Source: Isurus oxyrinchus (Eukaryota). From it: a stretch of 64,000 nt of DNA. The notes beneath the pieces are model-generated. The model was not told the origin of the DNA, made no database searches, and saw only the letters and a list, made by a program, of their open reading frames with translations. A program made the position numbers and the translations under genes. Shown here in pieces: positions 37,775 through 50,200 of this stretch (positions are counted from its first letter, which is position 1; the number at the start of each line of letters is the position of its first letter). The DNA lies in assembly GCA_026770705.1 (NCBI GenBank), contig JANJGN010000131.1:744001-808000 (forward strand), in the 5' to 3' direction.

Positions 37775-40700
37775 TTTATGAGTTCCCAGGCATTCTGTTT
37801 CTTGTGTTGACAGGATTATTGGCAATGATACGGATGCTGCATAATATAGTTTAATTGATACTTCAATATTGTAATTTACACCTCAATTTCTTCATTAAAC
37901 GGGTCATTTATTTTACATGCTTAGATGTTAATTTTACATTGATATCGATGTAAATTTAACTCACGATGGTTGCGGTGTGTACAAAGCTCATCTAATTTGT
38001 TGATGGATCATGCAAATACAGTTGAATTGACAGGGAGTGACAGCTGATTCGCAGGATTTGTATGCGGGCCTCAGCTTTTCACCGCATTTAGAAGGATCAA
38101 AATGAAGCAACAGTAAGTTTCGTATCCAAATTGCTGCAGAAAATAAGCCATGTGGTACAGTAAATAGTTTAGAGAAGAACAGGACATTGCGAAGGGTTGT
38201 TGTTGGATAACTGAATGAGCAAACTGTGGGAGAAGGAATACAATTTGTGGAAAGGTATTTTTCTCTGGTGCTTTAAGCTTAACCATTGCACGTCACCATA
38301 TTTTCTAATTAGCGTGAAACTATAAATGATAGTGGTAAGTATTTTCCATGTTTTTGTTCACCCGCCACATGTTTATTGGTGTTCGATTTGCATTGCGTAA
38401 CTTTAACATCAATCATTGCAGTCGATGAATTGTTATGAAGACCATTTTTAACTCTGTTGCTGCTGTTAACAACTGCATTCAATTCTCTTTAGAGTGCACT
38501 TTGTTTTCAAGGCTGTGAGATACCCTTCGGAGCTGGAAATAATTATATTCGTAGCCACTTTATTTAGCTCAACTAAATTTTGAAATCTCAGTGTTCATTC
38601 GGAAAGCCCTGGGTTTGTTCCCTACTTCCGAACTGGTGTCTGTAGCCCAGCTCCATGCCGCTGAGGAAGTCCAGCACTATCTACTCTGTGGTCCTTCCGA
38701 CGAGGCTGTAAACCGAGGTCTTTCTGCTTTATCAGTTGAAAACCCTCACTACTGCTGCGAGACCTAATCTCCCACTACAGCAGTCACTGAACTGAATAAA
38801 AGCCTTTGATGCGCTTTGTCTTGCTTCCACAGGGACAAAACCCAAGTTGAATCAATGGTGTTCGCTTAGATTTTCTTTTTCAACGTACATTGGTTCCTTC
38901 TGATACTTATTAGGATTTCGTTATTACCCATATCTTATTTCCTGTCATTCGATTGGTTTCTTTATTATAGTGATTTAAAGTTTCATAACGTTATTATTTA
39001 CTGTATTTATAAATGAATAAATGTATTGAGCTTTTATCTGTATTTTATGCCATTTTCAGGTGGTTGTCCTTTTGCCAATTTAATACGTTAGTGAAGATCA
39101 ATTCCTTCTCCTTCTAGATTACATAAAATGTACATGAATCGGAAAGTAACAGTTTTGTGTCATTTTGTATTCCGACTTCCACTTTATCTGAGACAATATA
39201 AATAAAAAATGGACCAGAATTAATGCATTGGTAAACTAATCAGTTCCAGCGTTGAATGAAGTATCGATGGCCCATGTGCCATACCATTCTCCCGCCAAAC
39301 GGACATTGTAGCTGGGAGATTCAGCACTAATTCTTCCCTTCTCTCTCATCTCTTTCTCTCTCTCTCTCTCTCTCTCGCTTGCAGCTAATTTTCTGACTAT
39401 CGTGATCCGTTCCCGAGGAAGATGTGGTCTTTCCAGATACGCAGTATCCATGGCGGTGACAGATCTCCATGTTATTATCATTACACTGGTATTAAGCCGG
39501 TGTTCGGCTGTTTATTTTCCAGTCAGTTTTCTGAGCCACTCAAAAGACGAGACAGAAACATTCTAAATCTGAATTCATTGTATTCTACGTATTTTTTTCC
39601 GGAATTAGGTCTTTTCAATCTTTGTTTAACTGTGAAGGCTTGAGGGTCAGATGTTTACTTTCTAGCTTCTACCGGATGTTTGGCTGCTCTCCAACAGTAA
39701 AAGATTCAAGATTGCTTAATGTGTTCCTGCGATTTCTGTGTCGTGTGTTGACGGACTTTTTGGCAATGATACAAATGCTGCACAATGTAGTTTAATTGTT
39801 ACTTCATTAATGTCATTATTTCTTGAATTTCTTAGTTAAACAGGTCGTTTATTGTACTTGCCTAGATGTTAATTTACAGTGATATCGATGTAAATTTAAG
39901 TCACGATGGCTGTGGTATATGCAATGTTCATCTAATTTGTTGATGGATACTGTGAATACATTTCAACTGACAGGGGGTGACAGCTGATTCGCACGATTTG
40001 TATTTGGGTCTCAGCTTTTCACCGCATTTAGGAGGTTAAAAAATGAGGCAACAGTAAGTTTCGTATCCAAATTGCTGCCGAAAATAAGCCATGTGGCACA
40101 GTAAATATTTTGGTTAAGAAGAGGACATTGCGAAGAGTTGTTGTTGGATAACTGAATGAGCAAACTGTGGGAGAAGAAATATAATTTATGGAAGGGTGTT
40201 TTTTGTGGCGCTTTGAGCTTAGCCATTAGGGATCAGCATATTTTCCAATTGGCGGGAAACCATAAATATTAGTGGTATGTATTTTTCTATATTTTTGTTT
40301 ACCCTCCACATGTTTATTCGTAAATTTATCAAATAGTTGCTATCGATGAACTGTTATGAAGACTTTTTTTTAACTCTGTTGCTGCTATTAACTGCTCCAT
40401 TCAATTCTCCTAAAATGTATTTTGTTGTCAAGGCTATGTGATACCCATCGGAGCCGGCATTTATTATGCTCATAGCCACTTTATTTCGGGGATCTAAATT
40501 TTGAAATATCAGCGTTCAAGCAATGGGTTTGAGCCCTACTCCCGATCTCGAGTTCCTAACCTAGCTGCATACTCCTGAGGAAGGACAGCACTATTTGCTC
40601 TGTCGCACTTTTAATCAGTGGAGGTCTTTCTGCTTCTTCAATTGAAAATCTTCACTAATAATGCGAGAACTAATCTCGCACTACAGCAATCATTGAGCTG

Positions 40701-41251
40701 CAAAAAAACCGCTCATGCTCCTTGCCCTGTTTCCACAGGAACAAAACCCGAATTGAATCAATGGCGTTCGCTCAACTTTATTTTCCATCGTCCCGTGGTT
40801 CCCTCATTTATTTATTTGGAATGAGTTATTATCCATATCTTATTTCCTGTCATTCTATTGCTTTAAGTATTATAGCGGTTCCATAACATTTCATAACGTT
40901 ATTATTTACCGCATTTTAAACGAGTAAATGTATTGATTTATTATCTGTACGTTATGCCATCTTCAGGCTGCCCTTTTGTCAATTTAATACGTTAGTCTTG
41001 TTCAATTCCTTCTACTTCTAGATTGCATAAACTTTACAAGAATCAGAAAATAAGTGCTTTGCGTTATTTCATGTTCCAACCTCCAATTTATTTGGGACAA
41101 TATTAATAAAAAAAAACCAGCCGTACTACTTTGCTAAATTAATCAGTTCCAGCGTTGAATCAAGTATTCATGATATAAATTCCATACCCTCTCCCACCAA
41201 ACCGCAGGTGTAGCTGAGAGTTTCGGCACTAATTCTGTTCTTCTCTCTCTC

Positions 41252-41282
<31 letters not shown>

Positions 41283-41457
41283 GCCTTACAGCTAACTTTC
41301 TAATGATTGTGATCTTTTCCAGAGGAATATGTGGTCTCTCCTGATGTATCACGCAATATCTGGTATCCATGGTGGTGACAGATTTCCTTGTCATTAGCAT
41401 TAGCGTGACATTAAGCTCATTTCCAGCTGTTTATTTTCCAGTCAGTTTTCTGTCCAG
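37775..41457 (+). repeat. Tandem segmental duplication (~1.75-kb units at ~37775-39537 and ~39712-41457)
   Basis: Colinear matches throughout, e.g. tcagcttttcaccgcatttag at 38071 and 40011, aagtttcgtatccaaattgctgc, aatcagttccagcgttgaat. Each unit ends in a GPCR exon 2. Confidence 0.9.
39385..39537 (+). pseudogene. Truncated GPR139-like exon 2 fragment
   Basis: (CT)n-gcttgcAG| then ANFLTIVIRSRGRCGLSRYAVSMAVTDLHVIIITLVLSRCSAVYFPVSFLS, with an internal deletion and an abrupt break after ECL1. Confidence 0.85.
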
Positions 41458-42197
41458 CATTCCTCTATGTCGTCCTTGTTGCTTTAAACTTTGGCTCCAA
41501 ATGTTGTACTCTCTGGTCAACCTTCAAATTCACCTTTTACTGCTTCCTGGCCATTTGTCACCAGGAGCTGGAAATGGAATACTGCAGTTAGAAAACAGCA
41601 ACTGGAAATTTAGGAATGATCTGTGTGCTGTCCACTTTGATAAACACCCTTTTTATTTCATAAATGAACCTATTTATATCGTTAACAATGTAACTCGGTG
41701 CTCTCTCATAGATGATGCATTTTATATTTCATTTCCATGGAGAATATTTGAATGGCTGGACTGTATTCTAACTCCATGTCTCTCCTTTCTCCTGATTTTG
41801 CTGCTCGATATTGAGACTTTCTGAAATATTCTACTGGCAAGTAGATCCTGCAGCAGACTCTGATCCCAAAGGAATGGAGAGAATCAGAGTGTCTCCGAGA
41901 TGAAGAGCCACAGCAAGTCTATTGTTGTACTCTTCTCCATCTCAGGCAGTTTCCTCCAGCTGGTCTTAACGCATATTGTACGTTTCCTGTTTGCACAAAG
42001 TATGGGAAATAGCTGATCTATCAGTTCCATTTCCATTGACACAAAATATATTCTGCAGCAAAGCTGATAGTTTTTTAACTCCTTAGACCCTGTAGCAATA
42101 CATTTATATATGCAGGGACCCAGACGAAATACAAAGCGGAGCTGAAAAGGGCGTTTAAATACTCTTTCAATCTATTGCCAAATGGCACAAACTGTGA
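41292..42197 (+). pseudogene. GPR139-like pseudogene, full-length decayed exon 2
   Basis: ccttacAG| then ANFLMIVIFSRGICGLS*CITQYLVSMVVTDFL, with in-frame TGA at 41342, frameshifts and later stops. Recognisable ILTPCLSFLLILLL, KSIVVLFSISGSF and IYAGTQTKYKAELK. Confidence 0.9.
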
Positions 42198-43469
42198 CAA
42201 TGGCGGGATAGTTATTTGAAGTCTTTGCGATCACAAGAGATGAGAGTCAGTGTAAGCGTTTCGGCCCAACAATCCTGCTCCACCATACAGTAAGTTCATG
42301 ACTGATGTGATCCTGGTCTTAACTCCGTTTTCCTGTCAGACTGAGTAACCATTGGATCCCCTGTCGATCAATAATTTGTCTAACGATGCCTTGAATATAT
42401 TTAGTGCCCCTGCCGCCTCTTGTTTTCTGTAGCAGACAATTCCAAAGTCTCTGGAACCTCCTCATCCCCTGGTACTTTCCCTATGAGCCTTCCTTTATCA
42501 TTAACAATAGACCTGGATTTTGCCATGGAAAATCACAATAAATAAAATCTCTCCGGCCGAGATCAGTCTTCACTGAAAATCATTCTGCAGAACTGTAATT
42601 GCCCAAATTGAATGTAAGCTCATTGATCAAGCCAACTGCACAAGAAGCATAGCTGCTGGGAAGTTAAAAGGTTCATGCTGGCAGTACCAGTGATCAACTT
42701 GGACTGCCCACGACAATGAACTTCAGAAGCTCACATTAAAAGTAAGAATGCAGAACTAAACCAGTCCAGTCTGAATGCAAATGTCCTTGTAAACACTTAT
42801 TAGCACCGAGCAGACTTTGATAAGTCTGCACGAAACAAAACCATGCTCAGCCGGTCCTGTCTCCATCGATAGAAAGTGTTCACAGCCGGGGCTGTGCACA
42901 TGGTATGTTGTTGTGTTCCACCGGACAAAGTTGACAATAACCGGGCAAAAATTCGTTTATGTACATTCAGTGTAACAGGATAGAAATTGGCCTGTTCGTA
43001 CTGAGTGCAGCTGTGCACAATTTAACCTGAATGCAGTGAATGCAATTTACTGAACTGGACAGTCACAACGGTATGATTTATCCCTAAACTGGTTTTCCAC
43101 TTAACAGTGATTGCAAGCGGGCTGAACGGGACTCGTTACATGGTATATAACCATGTCGACCTGGAGCGCTCCACCATTAATTTAATGATGCACATTGTGC
43201 TCAACAGGAGGTTGTGTTCTCTGCATGTGAGAGCACTGAGCTTAGCCTGAAAGCACCAAGCACACACGTCATGAACTGGATCTTGCCACACAAAAAGTAA
43301 ATTCACACACCAGTGCACATTCGTTATTGCCGGGATTGACATGGCTACACTAACTGATTTGAACTAGTCCACAATGGAAGTAACTGTGCCAAACTAGGTG
43401 TGCGCACTGTGAATATAACCGTGCTGAGCTGCACATTTCTACATTGAATGTAAACACCCTGAATGGAAT

Positions 43470-45150
43470 TAAACAGGAAACGATGGAAATACTCAAGATA
43501 TCCGGCAGCATGTACGAAGAGAGAGAAACAGAAACCGTTTCAGGGCCGGGACCATTTATCAGAGTTGGCAAAAGTAACAGACGGAAAAGTTTTCATGCAA
43601 GTATAGAGGCAAAAAACGGATGTGGGGGAAAGGGATCAAAAGGAGATGCTTCTGGTAAAGGGGAAAACAGGAGAAATCAAATGACAAAAGCAGTGATGGC
43701 GGAAGTCAACGTGTAACAAGGAAAAGCAGAAGAGGAATGTTGAAAAGACGGCAAACTGTATATAACAGAATCGAAATCAACAAATGTTTCCCAACGCAAC
43801 AACAAAGAGCAAAGAAGAAAGAAAAATGCAGTTGGTGTGATCACGAATGTGGAAATTTATGGAAAATCCAAAAGCCTAGAATGTGCATTAAGGAAATATG
43901 AGATTTTAAACCTGGAGGACAGGTTCCATTTCCTTGAAGCAGTGGGAGGGTTCAATCACAGTCATGTCAAAGTGAGAGCGGAACAGATAATTAGGGTGAC
44001 AAACGACCAGAAGATGACACTTGTGGACTGAATGGATGTATCTGAGAAATGATCACCGATCTACATTTAACCTCCAGAATGTGGAGCAGGCTGCATATTG
44101 AACAGCGAACAGGGTATACTCAATGGACATAAGTTCAAACAAATCGATTTTCCAATTTGAAGCCGTGTTTGGGATGTAGGAAAAGAGAATGGCAAAGAGA
44201 CAGGAGCTGGTGTTGCATGACCATTGTGTGCATAGGAAAGCTCTTCGGAAAAGGAAGGGTTGAATTGACTGAGGAGGAGACAAGTGCAGAGTGGAGCAAA
44301 TGACCCATTCTCAATGTTAAAGAGTAGAGGCGAGTTGGACATATTGGGTGGTGACAACGTGCCGGAGGAGTTTGAAAATGCAGAGGTGGACCAAATGATA
44401 CTAGAGATGTGTGGAATGGTAGGCAAGGGCAAGGAGAAGCCTATTGTGGATCTTGGAGGGGGAGAAGGTGTGAAAGCAGAAGTCTGAGACTTGTTACACG
44501 CACGGCGCTGGGTTCTGTCAACCACGGTGCGCTGGAAAAACTCGGCTGAAGTAATTGGAAGCTCTATTGGAGAAAGCTAGAAGGGATAATCGAACATATT
44601 CAGCAGAAACTGAGATTCTGAGAGAACGGAAAAGAGCCTTTCCAGTAAGCGAGGTGCATGGATGTGTATTCAAGATAACTGGTTGTTGGTGAGCTTCTGT
44701 TGAATATTGGGCCATAGCCAATTCCCCGATGTGTCCACATCAAAGTGGCCGAAGGAAATATAAATTTCAAACATGGAGCAAATAAGGGCATGGGGAGGGT
44801 TACATTCCAAAGCAAACGTAACCTCATTTTCCAGTTCAGGGGTTGAATGAAATCAACACTGATCTGGTCATGAATATACCAGGAAGAAGTGTGATGGAGG
44901 TGCCTGAGTGGGCCTGGAACAATGATTCTGCTACAAATCCATCTAAAAGCCAAACAGAAATAGGACACAAGCCAATACCCATAGCATTAGCGTTTCATTT
45001 ACAGAGTTAATTGAGACACTTTTCGTCGTGAGTTGACGTCCAAGCAGGCAGAGAGGCTGATGATGGATGGCTACTGATTGGTTCCTCATTCCAGAAGGGA
45101 AAGGGAGCCACGTTAACGTGATCCGTGTTCACACGGGCTGAAAAATGATT
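43470..45150 (-). mobile_element. Decayed Penelope-like retroelement
   Basis: Minus-strand SYLEYTSMHLAYWKGSFPFSQ (PLE RT C-terminal motif) and a terminal repeat at 43475-43570. Confidence 0.65.
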
Positions 45151-45377
45151 AAGAGTGAGAACTTTGTAATGTTTTCCTGCGGGGTTTAAAGCCATGGATG
45201 CTCGTGCACAGTGCTCACATTCACAATTACAATCGCCTATTTGGCTTGTTATTTAAATTTTAGGCAAAAATGCAACTTGGACCGTACTCTCCAGTCTGAG
45301 TATTTCAATTTGGAGCCGTGCCAGTGTCCTTGAAAACAGATTCCATTCCATCAAAAATATAAACGCGAGCGCGGCAG

Positions 45378-45466
45378 CAGCTGCACTAAAATGTTTTTTT
45401 TCAGTTGGTGTAATTAATGTAAAAGGCCTTCTCATTGTCTCCCTAGAGGCCGACATCATGTATAAA
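45378..45466 (+). promoter_or_regulatory. Proximal promoter of gene 3 (E-box, TAAT site, O/E-like site, TATA)
   Basis: CAGCTG (45378), TAATTA (45411), TCATTG-TCTCCCTAGAGG (45432-45449), 11 nt, TATAAA (45461). Confidence 0.65.
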
Positions 45467-45517
45467 TGTAACAGTCTTTCGGTGTAGCACAGAGCACCCT
45501 CGGAGCTTATGAGAGAA

Positions 45518-45587
45518 ATGCATGGGATACCACAAGGTCTGGTGTTCGCCATTTACTATCCCGTTCTTGCAGCTATCGGTATTCCAG
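45518..45587 (+). CDS. GPR139-like: GPR139/GPR142-like orphan GPCR gene 3, exon 1 (joined protein 326 aa; alternative in-frame ATG at 45509)
   Basis: MHGIPQGLVFAIYYPVLAAIGIP, then G|GTAAAG donor at 45588. 70 nt, phase 1. Confidence 0.9.
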
Positions 45588-46852
45588 GTAAAGTATTAGG
45601 GTTAGTTACCAGTTACCAGAATCATTTTTCACTCTATCACTTATTTAATTTAGCTGTACTGCTTCTCTATGGTTCACCTCATTAACATGATAATTTGTTT
45701 TTTATAATGTATTCCCTTTTTCACAGTATCCTTATCTCCACGTTTAGTGAATTCTTCTTTTAAATGATATTAAACCTTCCCTTTCCTCGCAATATTACTG
45801 CTCATTACTGGTCCATTTTCTCCACTTTAAGGGTATCATTTCTCCCCTTCACGAGAACAGTTTCTTCCCATTGCCAGTACACTTAAATCCATTTCAGCAA
45901 TTACTATGATTGCTTCACCAATGCCGTTTCATTCTCTTTCACTAAAAAGTTTCTCCCACTTAGCAGTGCCGCCTCTCAGTCTAAATGTAATTAGATGTTG
46001 TTATTGTCATTATTAATGTGGGCGAAGTATTTAGCACACTAGTATCACACTGCAATGTAGATCTATTGTATTGTTGGCACTGTCACCATGGATGATTTAT
46101 CACGCTGTAAATGTAGCTCTATTGTGTTGTTGACACAACTATTGAATTACCTCACTTTGTTGTGTGCATATATTGCTCCTTGCGCTGGAATCTGAATAAC
46201 AGCTATTTCTTAAGTTGGATTTTGTATTCACGAGTTATTGGACCGGTCCTCAGTCTTTTGTTTTAGCTGAAGTATAGCACATCGGACAGTGCAACCTTGC
46301 TGAAGTCCAACAGTTGGGCTTGAACGCTAAACCTTTTGACTCAAAAGTGAGATTGCTGCAAACTAAGCCACACCTGAACCATAGTAAGCATGATCAGCTT
46401 TAGTCGTGGCTGTGAAGCCTTGTTCCTTTAAATTCGAATTGTTACAGCTCAGATGCATCAGATCTCCTTCATCTTCTTTTCAGTTAAGTAGTAGCTTTTT
46501 TTTTGCTGAACTTTTTTCAAGCTCTATAAAGTATTTGTTAACCTTAGAATTTCCAATGTTCCAGAGTATTCTTATATTTTCTCGTCTCTAAACATTGAAT
46601 GAGAACAACATCGATTGTATTTCAGAGTCACAATCCAGATCGTTCAAGGTTCTCCTTGGGTTAGCCCTCAGTGTTGCTGACAGTACAGAACAGATTGCTA
46701 TGTTTTAGGATATTTTCCTCCAGATCATCTCTCTGACATGCTAACTTGTTCCTCTCTTTTCAACTGCTGCCTGACTGAGAATCTCCAACAGTTTATGTTC
46801 TAAATTTCTTTCTCAACATCTGCTATTCGCTGGCTGCGTTTCGCTGTCACAG

Positions 46853-47763
46853 CTAATCTGGCAGTGATTGTGATACTGATTCGAGGAAGATGCGGTCTCT
46901 CCAAATGTATCACTTACTACTTGATGTCCATGGCCATAACGGATCTCCTTGTCGGGATCACAGTTGTGATATTAAACCGGATTATAGGTATTTATTTCCC
47001 GTTCAGTCTCCTGGCCATCACACCGGTCTTCAGCCTCAGACTTGTGCTAATTTATGGTGTCATCGATTCTTCTGTCTGGGTAACAGTGGCTTTCACCTTT
47101 GACCGATTTGTAGCCATTTGCTGCCAGAAGCTGAAAATTAAATATTGCACTGAGAAAATGGCGGCTGCGGTGATAGGAACTGTCTCTGTACTTAACTGCG
47201 TTAAAAGCATTCCCTTGTATTTTATGTGTGAGCCTGCCTTTATAATTGACAATATACCCTGGCAATGCAACTCAAAATCAATATTTTATACGTCACCTGC
47301 ATGGGTCGCTTATGAAAGCATAATCGCCGTTTTAACCCTTTGCCTCTCCTTCGTTCTTATATTACTGCTCAATGCTCTGACCATCAGACACATTGTAGCG
47401 GCCAGTCGAGCCCGCAGGAGACTCCGGATCCAGAGCAATGGAGAGAATCAAAGTGACCCAGAGATACAGAAGAGAAGGAAATCCATGGTTTTGCTCTTCT
47501 GTATCTCGGGCAGTTTCATCCTGTTACATTTGTTAAGACTTATAAACTTCCTCTATGTCCGAATTGCGAATCTTAGCTATGTGGACTCTACCAATTTCAA
47601 TGAATCAAATTTTCTTATGGAGGAAAGCGCACGTATGCTTCAGCTCCTGAGTTCTTGCATCAATCCGTTTATTTATGCAGGGACCCAGAGTAAATTCAGA
47701 GAAGAGTTAAAGAATGGTGTGAAATTCCCACTGAACCTGCTTGTTAAATTATTTAAAAGATGA
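46853..47763 (+). CDS. GPR139-like: GPR139/GPR142-like orphan GPCR gene 3, exon 2
   Basis: ctgtcacAG| at 46852. Open 7TM frame ANLAVIVILIRGRCGLSKC...FTFDRF...NPFIYAGTQSKFREELK, stop TGA at 47761-47763, AATAAA at 47768. Confidence 0.93.
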
Positions 47764-49714
47764 TAACAATAAAATTCAACATGAGTCATAATGAGTGTTC
47801 CATCCATTGCTGCTTTTGTTTATCTCACACAAAGTTTTGTCTCCCGGAAGCAACGTCATTTTCTTTGAGTCCCTTTTCCTCCGTGTGAATTTAACAATGT
47901 ATAAAGAACGTTGCCTGCTCCCAGTTAGTTTTTAGTTGTCTTCCTCGTGCTAGCAGGGGCCTGGTACATCCCTACCAGCCCCCAGGGCCTTGGAAATCCA
48001 TGTGGGAGACAGAGAGTCCGGCTTAGATCTGATATTGGATACCAAAATTTAACAATTTAAGGGAGGAACCTCAATGTTATTGATTTGTGTAGTTTATACC
48101 TTATAGGTAAAAGGCGTTCTGAAACGGTAACAAATGCTGCTCCCATGCATTGTTCTCAACTCACTAGTCACCGCTTCACACTCGCTCACCCTTGTCATTA
48201 AACATAGGAATAAGGGGCAGGAAAAAATGAACAATAGTAATTCGCCTTCTACACTTTCAATCGGACAATTACGATGACATTTCCAGTGTTATCAAACAGC
48301 ATAAATCGAGTCTAACTACAGTGTCTTATTTTCAACGGGCATCAATCGTGAACAACAGAATTATTAAAAATAACTCATCAAATGTAATGGCAAATTCAGA
48401 ATTTAATGGCCCCTCTCGGCGGCGAGATTTTTTGGTTCTGCCAAAGCCAATGAGCTTTTGAATGACTCACCACACTTTACAGCACTGCCGCTCCCCACTG
48501 ACCATGCACAAACACATTTCTTGCCATCCTGATAGCCACAAAATCTCACGCCAGAGAAGTTATTGGCTACTCATTGCAACAGATCATTATCCCAATCTCG
48601 GGTGAGTACTGCACATGCGCTTGGGGTATGGCAGTTCCCCTGCTCCCCAAATGCAAAATACGGCGCAGGTCTCAATATTTGTCACTGTTGCCAGCGGAAG
48701 ATCGTGAGTAAGGAAGTAATTATTTGTTATACCTCGAAAGGTCTTTCAATATCGAGGTGGAAACTGATGCATTAGCCTTCTCTTTATATGCCCTTTGTCC
48801 AGATTATTAAATAACCCCAGATGTGATTAACATCATTAGTAAGAACATAATTGAAATTCTGCTGCTACTTGAAATTTCACTCATCTGTCAGCAATTGAAA
48901 TGCACGACTGAGTCACTCGCCAACTACATATCATTTGAAAGGTTTTTCCTACGTCTACCTCTTAAACATAACGGACTGTGAGAAGAAGAAACAACTGTTA
49001 ACATCTTCCCTAATCCATGCAGCATGTGAACGACTTCTTCTCAGTGGGAATATATCAATTAATTTTCAGGCAGGCTGAGGAAGCGCGTCCCGTCCTACAG
49101 TGTCCTCATTTGCAATGTTTCGCAGTATACCGCATCCTTGTGCTACTGAGGTTGGATGATTTGTTGAAACTTCGTCCAGTCATTGAAAACGTGCAAGACC
49201 TCTCCCCACTGTGGATGGTGCGATGCGTTTATTTATTCATATTGTGCTAACTAGTTAAAACGTTGTCCACATCCATTGCATTGGAGCACTCTCTGTCCAG
49301 TGTGCATCACATTCTTTTTGCTGTCACACTAACTATTGAAATATAGTCATACTTACTATACTGGCGACCATTTTTCCAATCTGCTTGGTGCTGTTCTATG
49401 CCTCCTTGTTCCCTTCTCGCTGCTTTGCAGAAATTGCTGACTATAGCTGGTTTCTGGTTTCAGTTCTGCATTTACCAGTGCAATTTTGGATCCTATCCCG
49501 AAGTTGTTGACCCATAGCAAAAGGAGAAGGATATTCTGGTCCGGGAATCTTCCCTGTCCTTCAATTAGTGCATTGCTAATATGCAGAATGTCTCCATTTG
49601 GACACCTTAGTTTAAAGCAGTTGGTACCAAATCCTATCAATCTCAGTTTTGATATTTTCAATTGAACCCTAGTCTCTATATCTCGTTGGTAGACAATTGC
49701 CTTGATGTATGTTG

Positions 49715-50200
49715 GAATAGTGGTCAGGTTCATGGACTAGTAAACCTGAAGGCAAGGTTAGTGATTCAGGGACGAAAATTTACATCCCACCACGTCAACT
49801 GATGAACATAAATTCAGTTCACGAAAGTAAGCTGAAAATTAAAAAAAGAGCAATTATGAATGATGACCATGAAACTACAGAATTCTCATGAATTAGCACA
49901 ATCCGTTTCATTCATTTACTTTCATGAAGGAATTCAGTTGTCTTTCCCAAGTTTGGCCTCTATGTGATGCTACGCCCAGGGAGATGCAGTGGAGTGACAA
50001 CTTCCCCCTTAACTGGCCTAGCAAGCAGGAGAAAATGTTTGAAAATAGAACCGATGGAACACCCGGCATCGAGCTAAGCACTAGAAACAACAAAAAGACA
50101 GTCAGCTCTGTCGATCCTGTAAAGTCTTCTTCACACAAATGTGGATGCATGAGATCTGCCCCAGAGAGCAGTCAGGCAACAGGCTGACATAATCATATTT
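49715..50200 (+). mobile_element. SINE/LINE-related repeat (same head and body as the 22487 copy)
   Basis: ggactagtaaacc...cccaccacg...tgaccatgaaact...ctggcctagcaagc followed by acccggcatcgagctaagcac. Confidence 0.55.
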
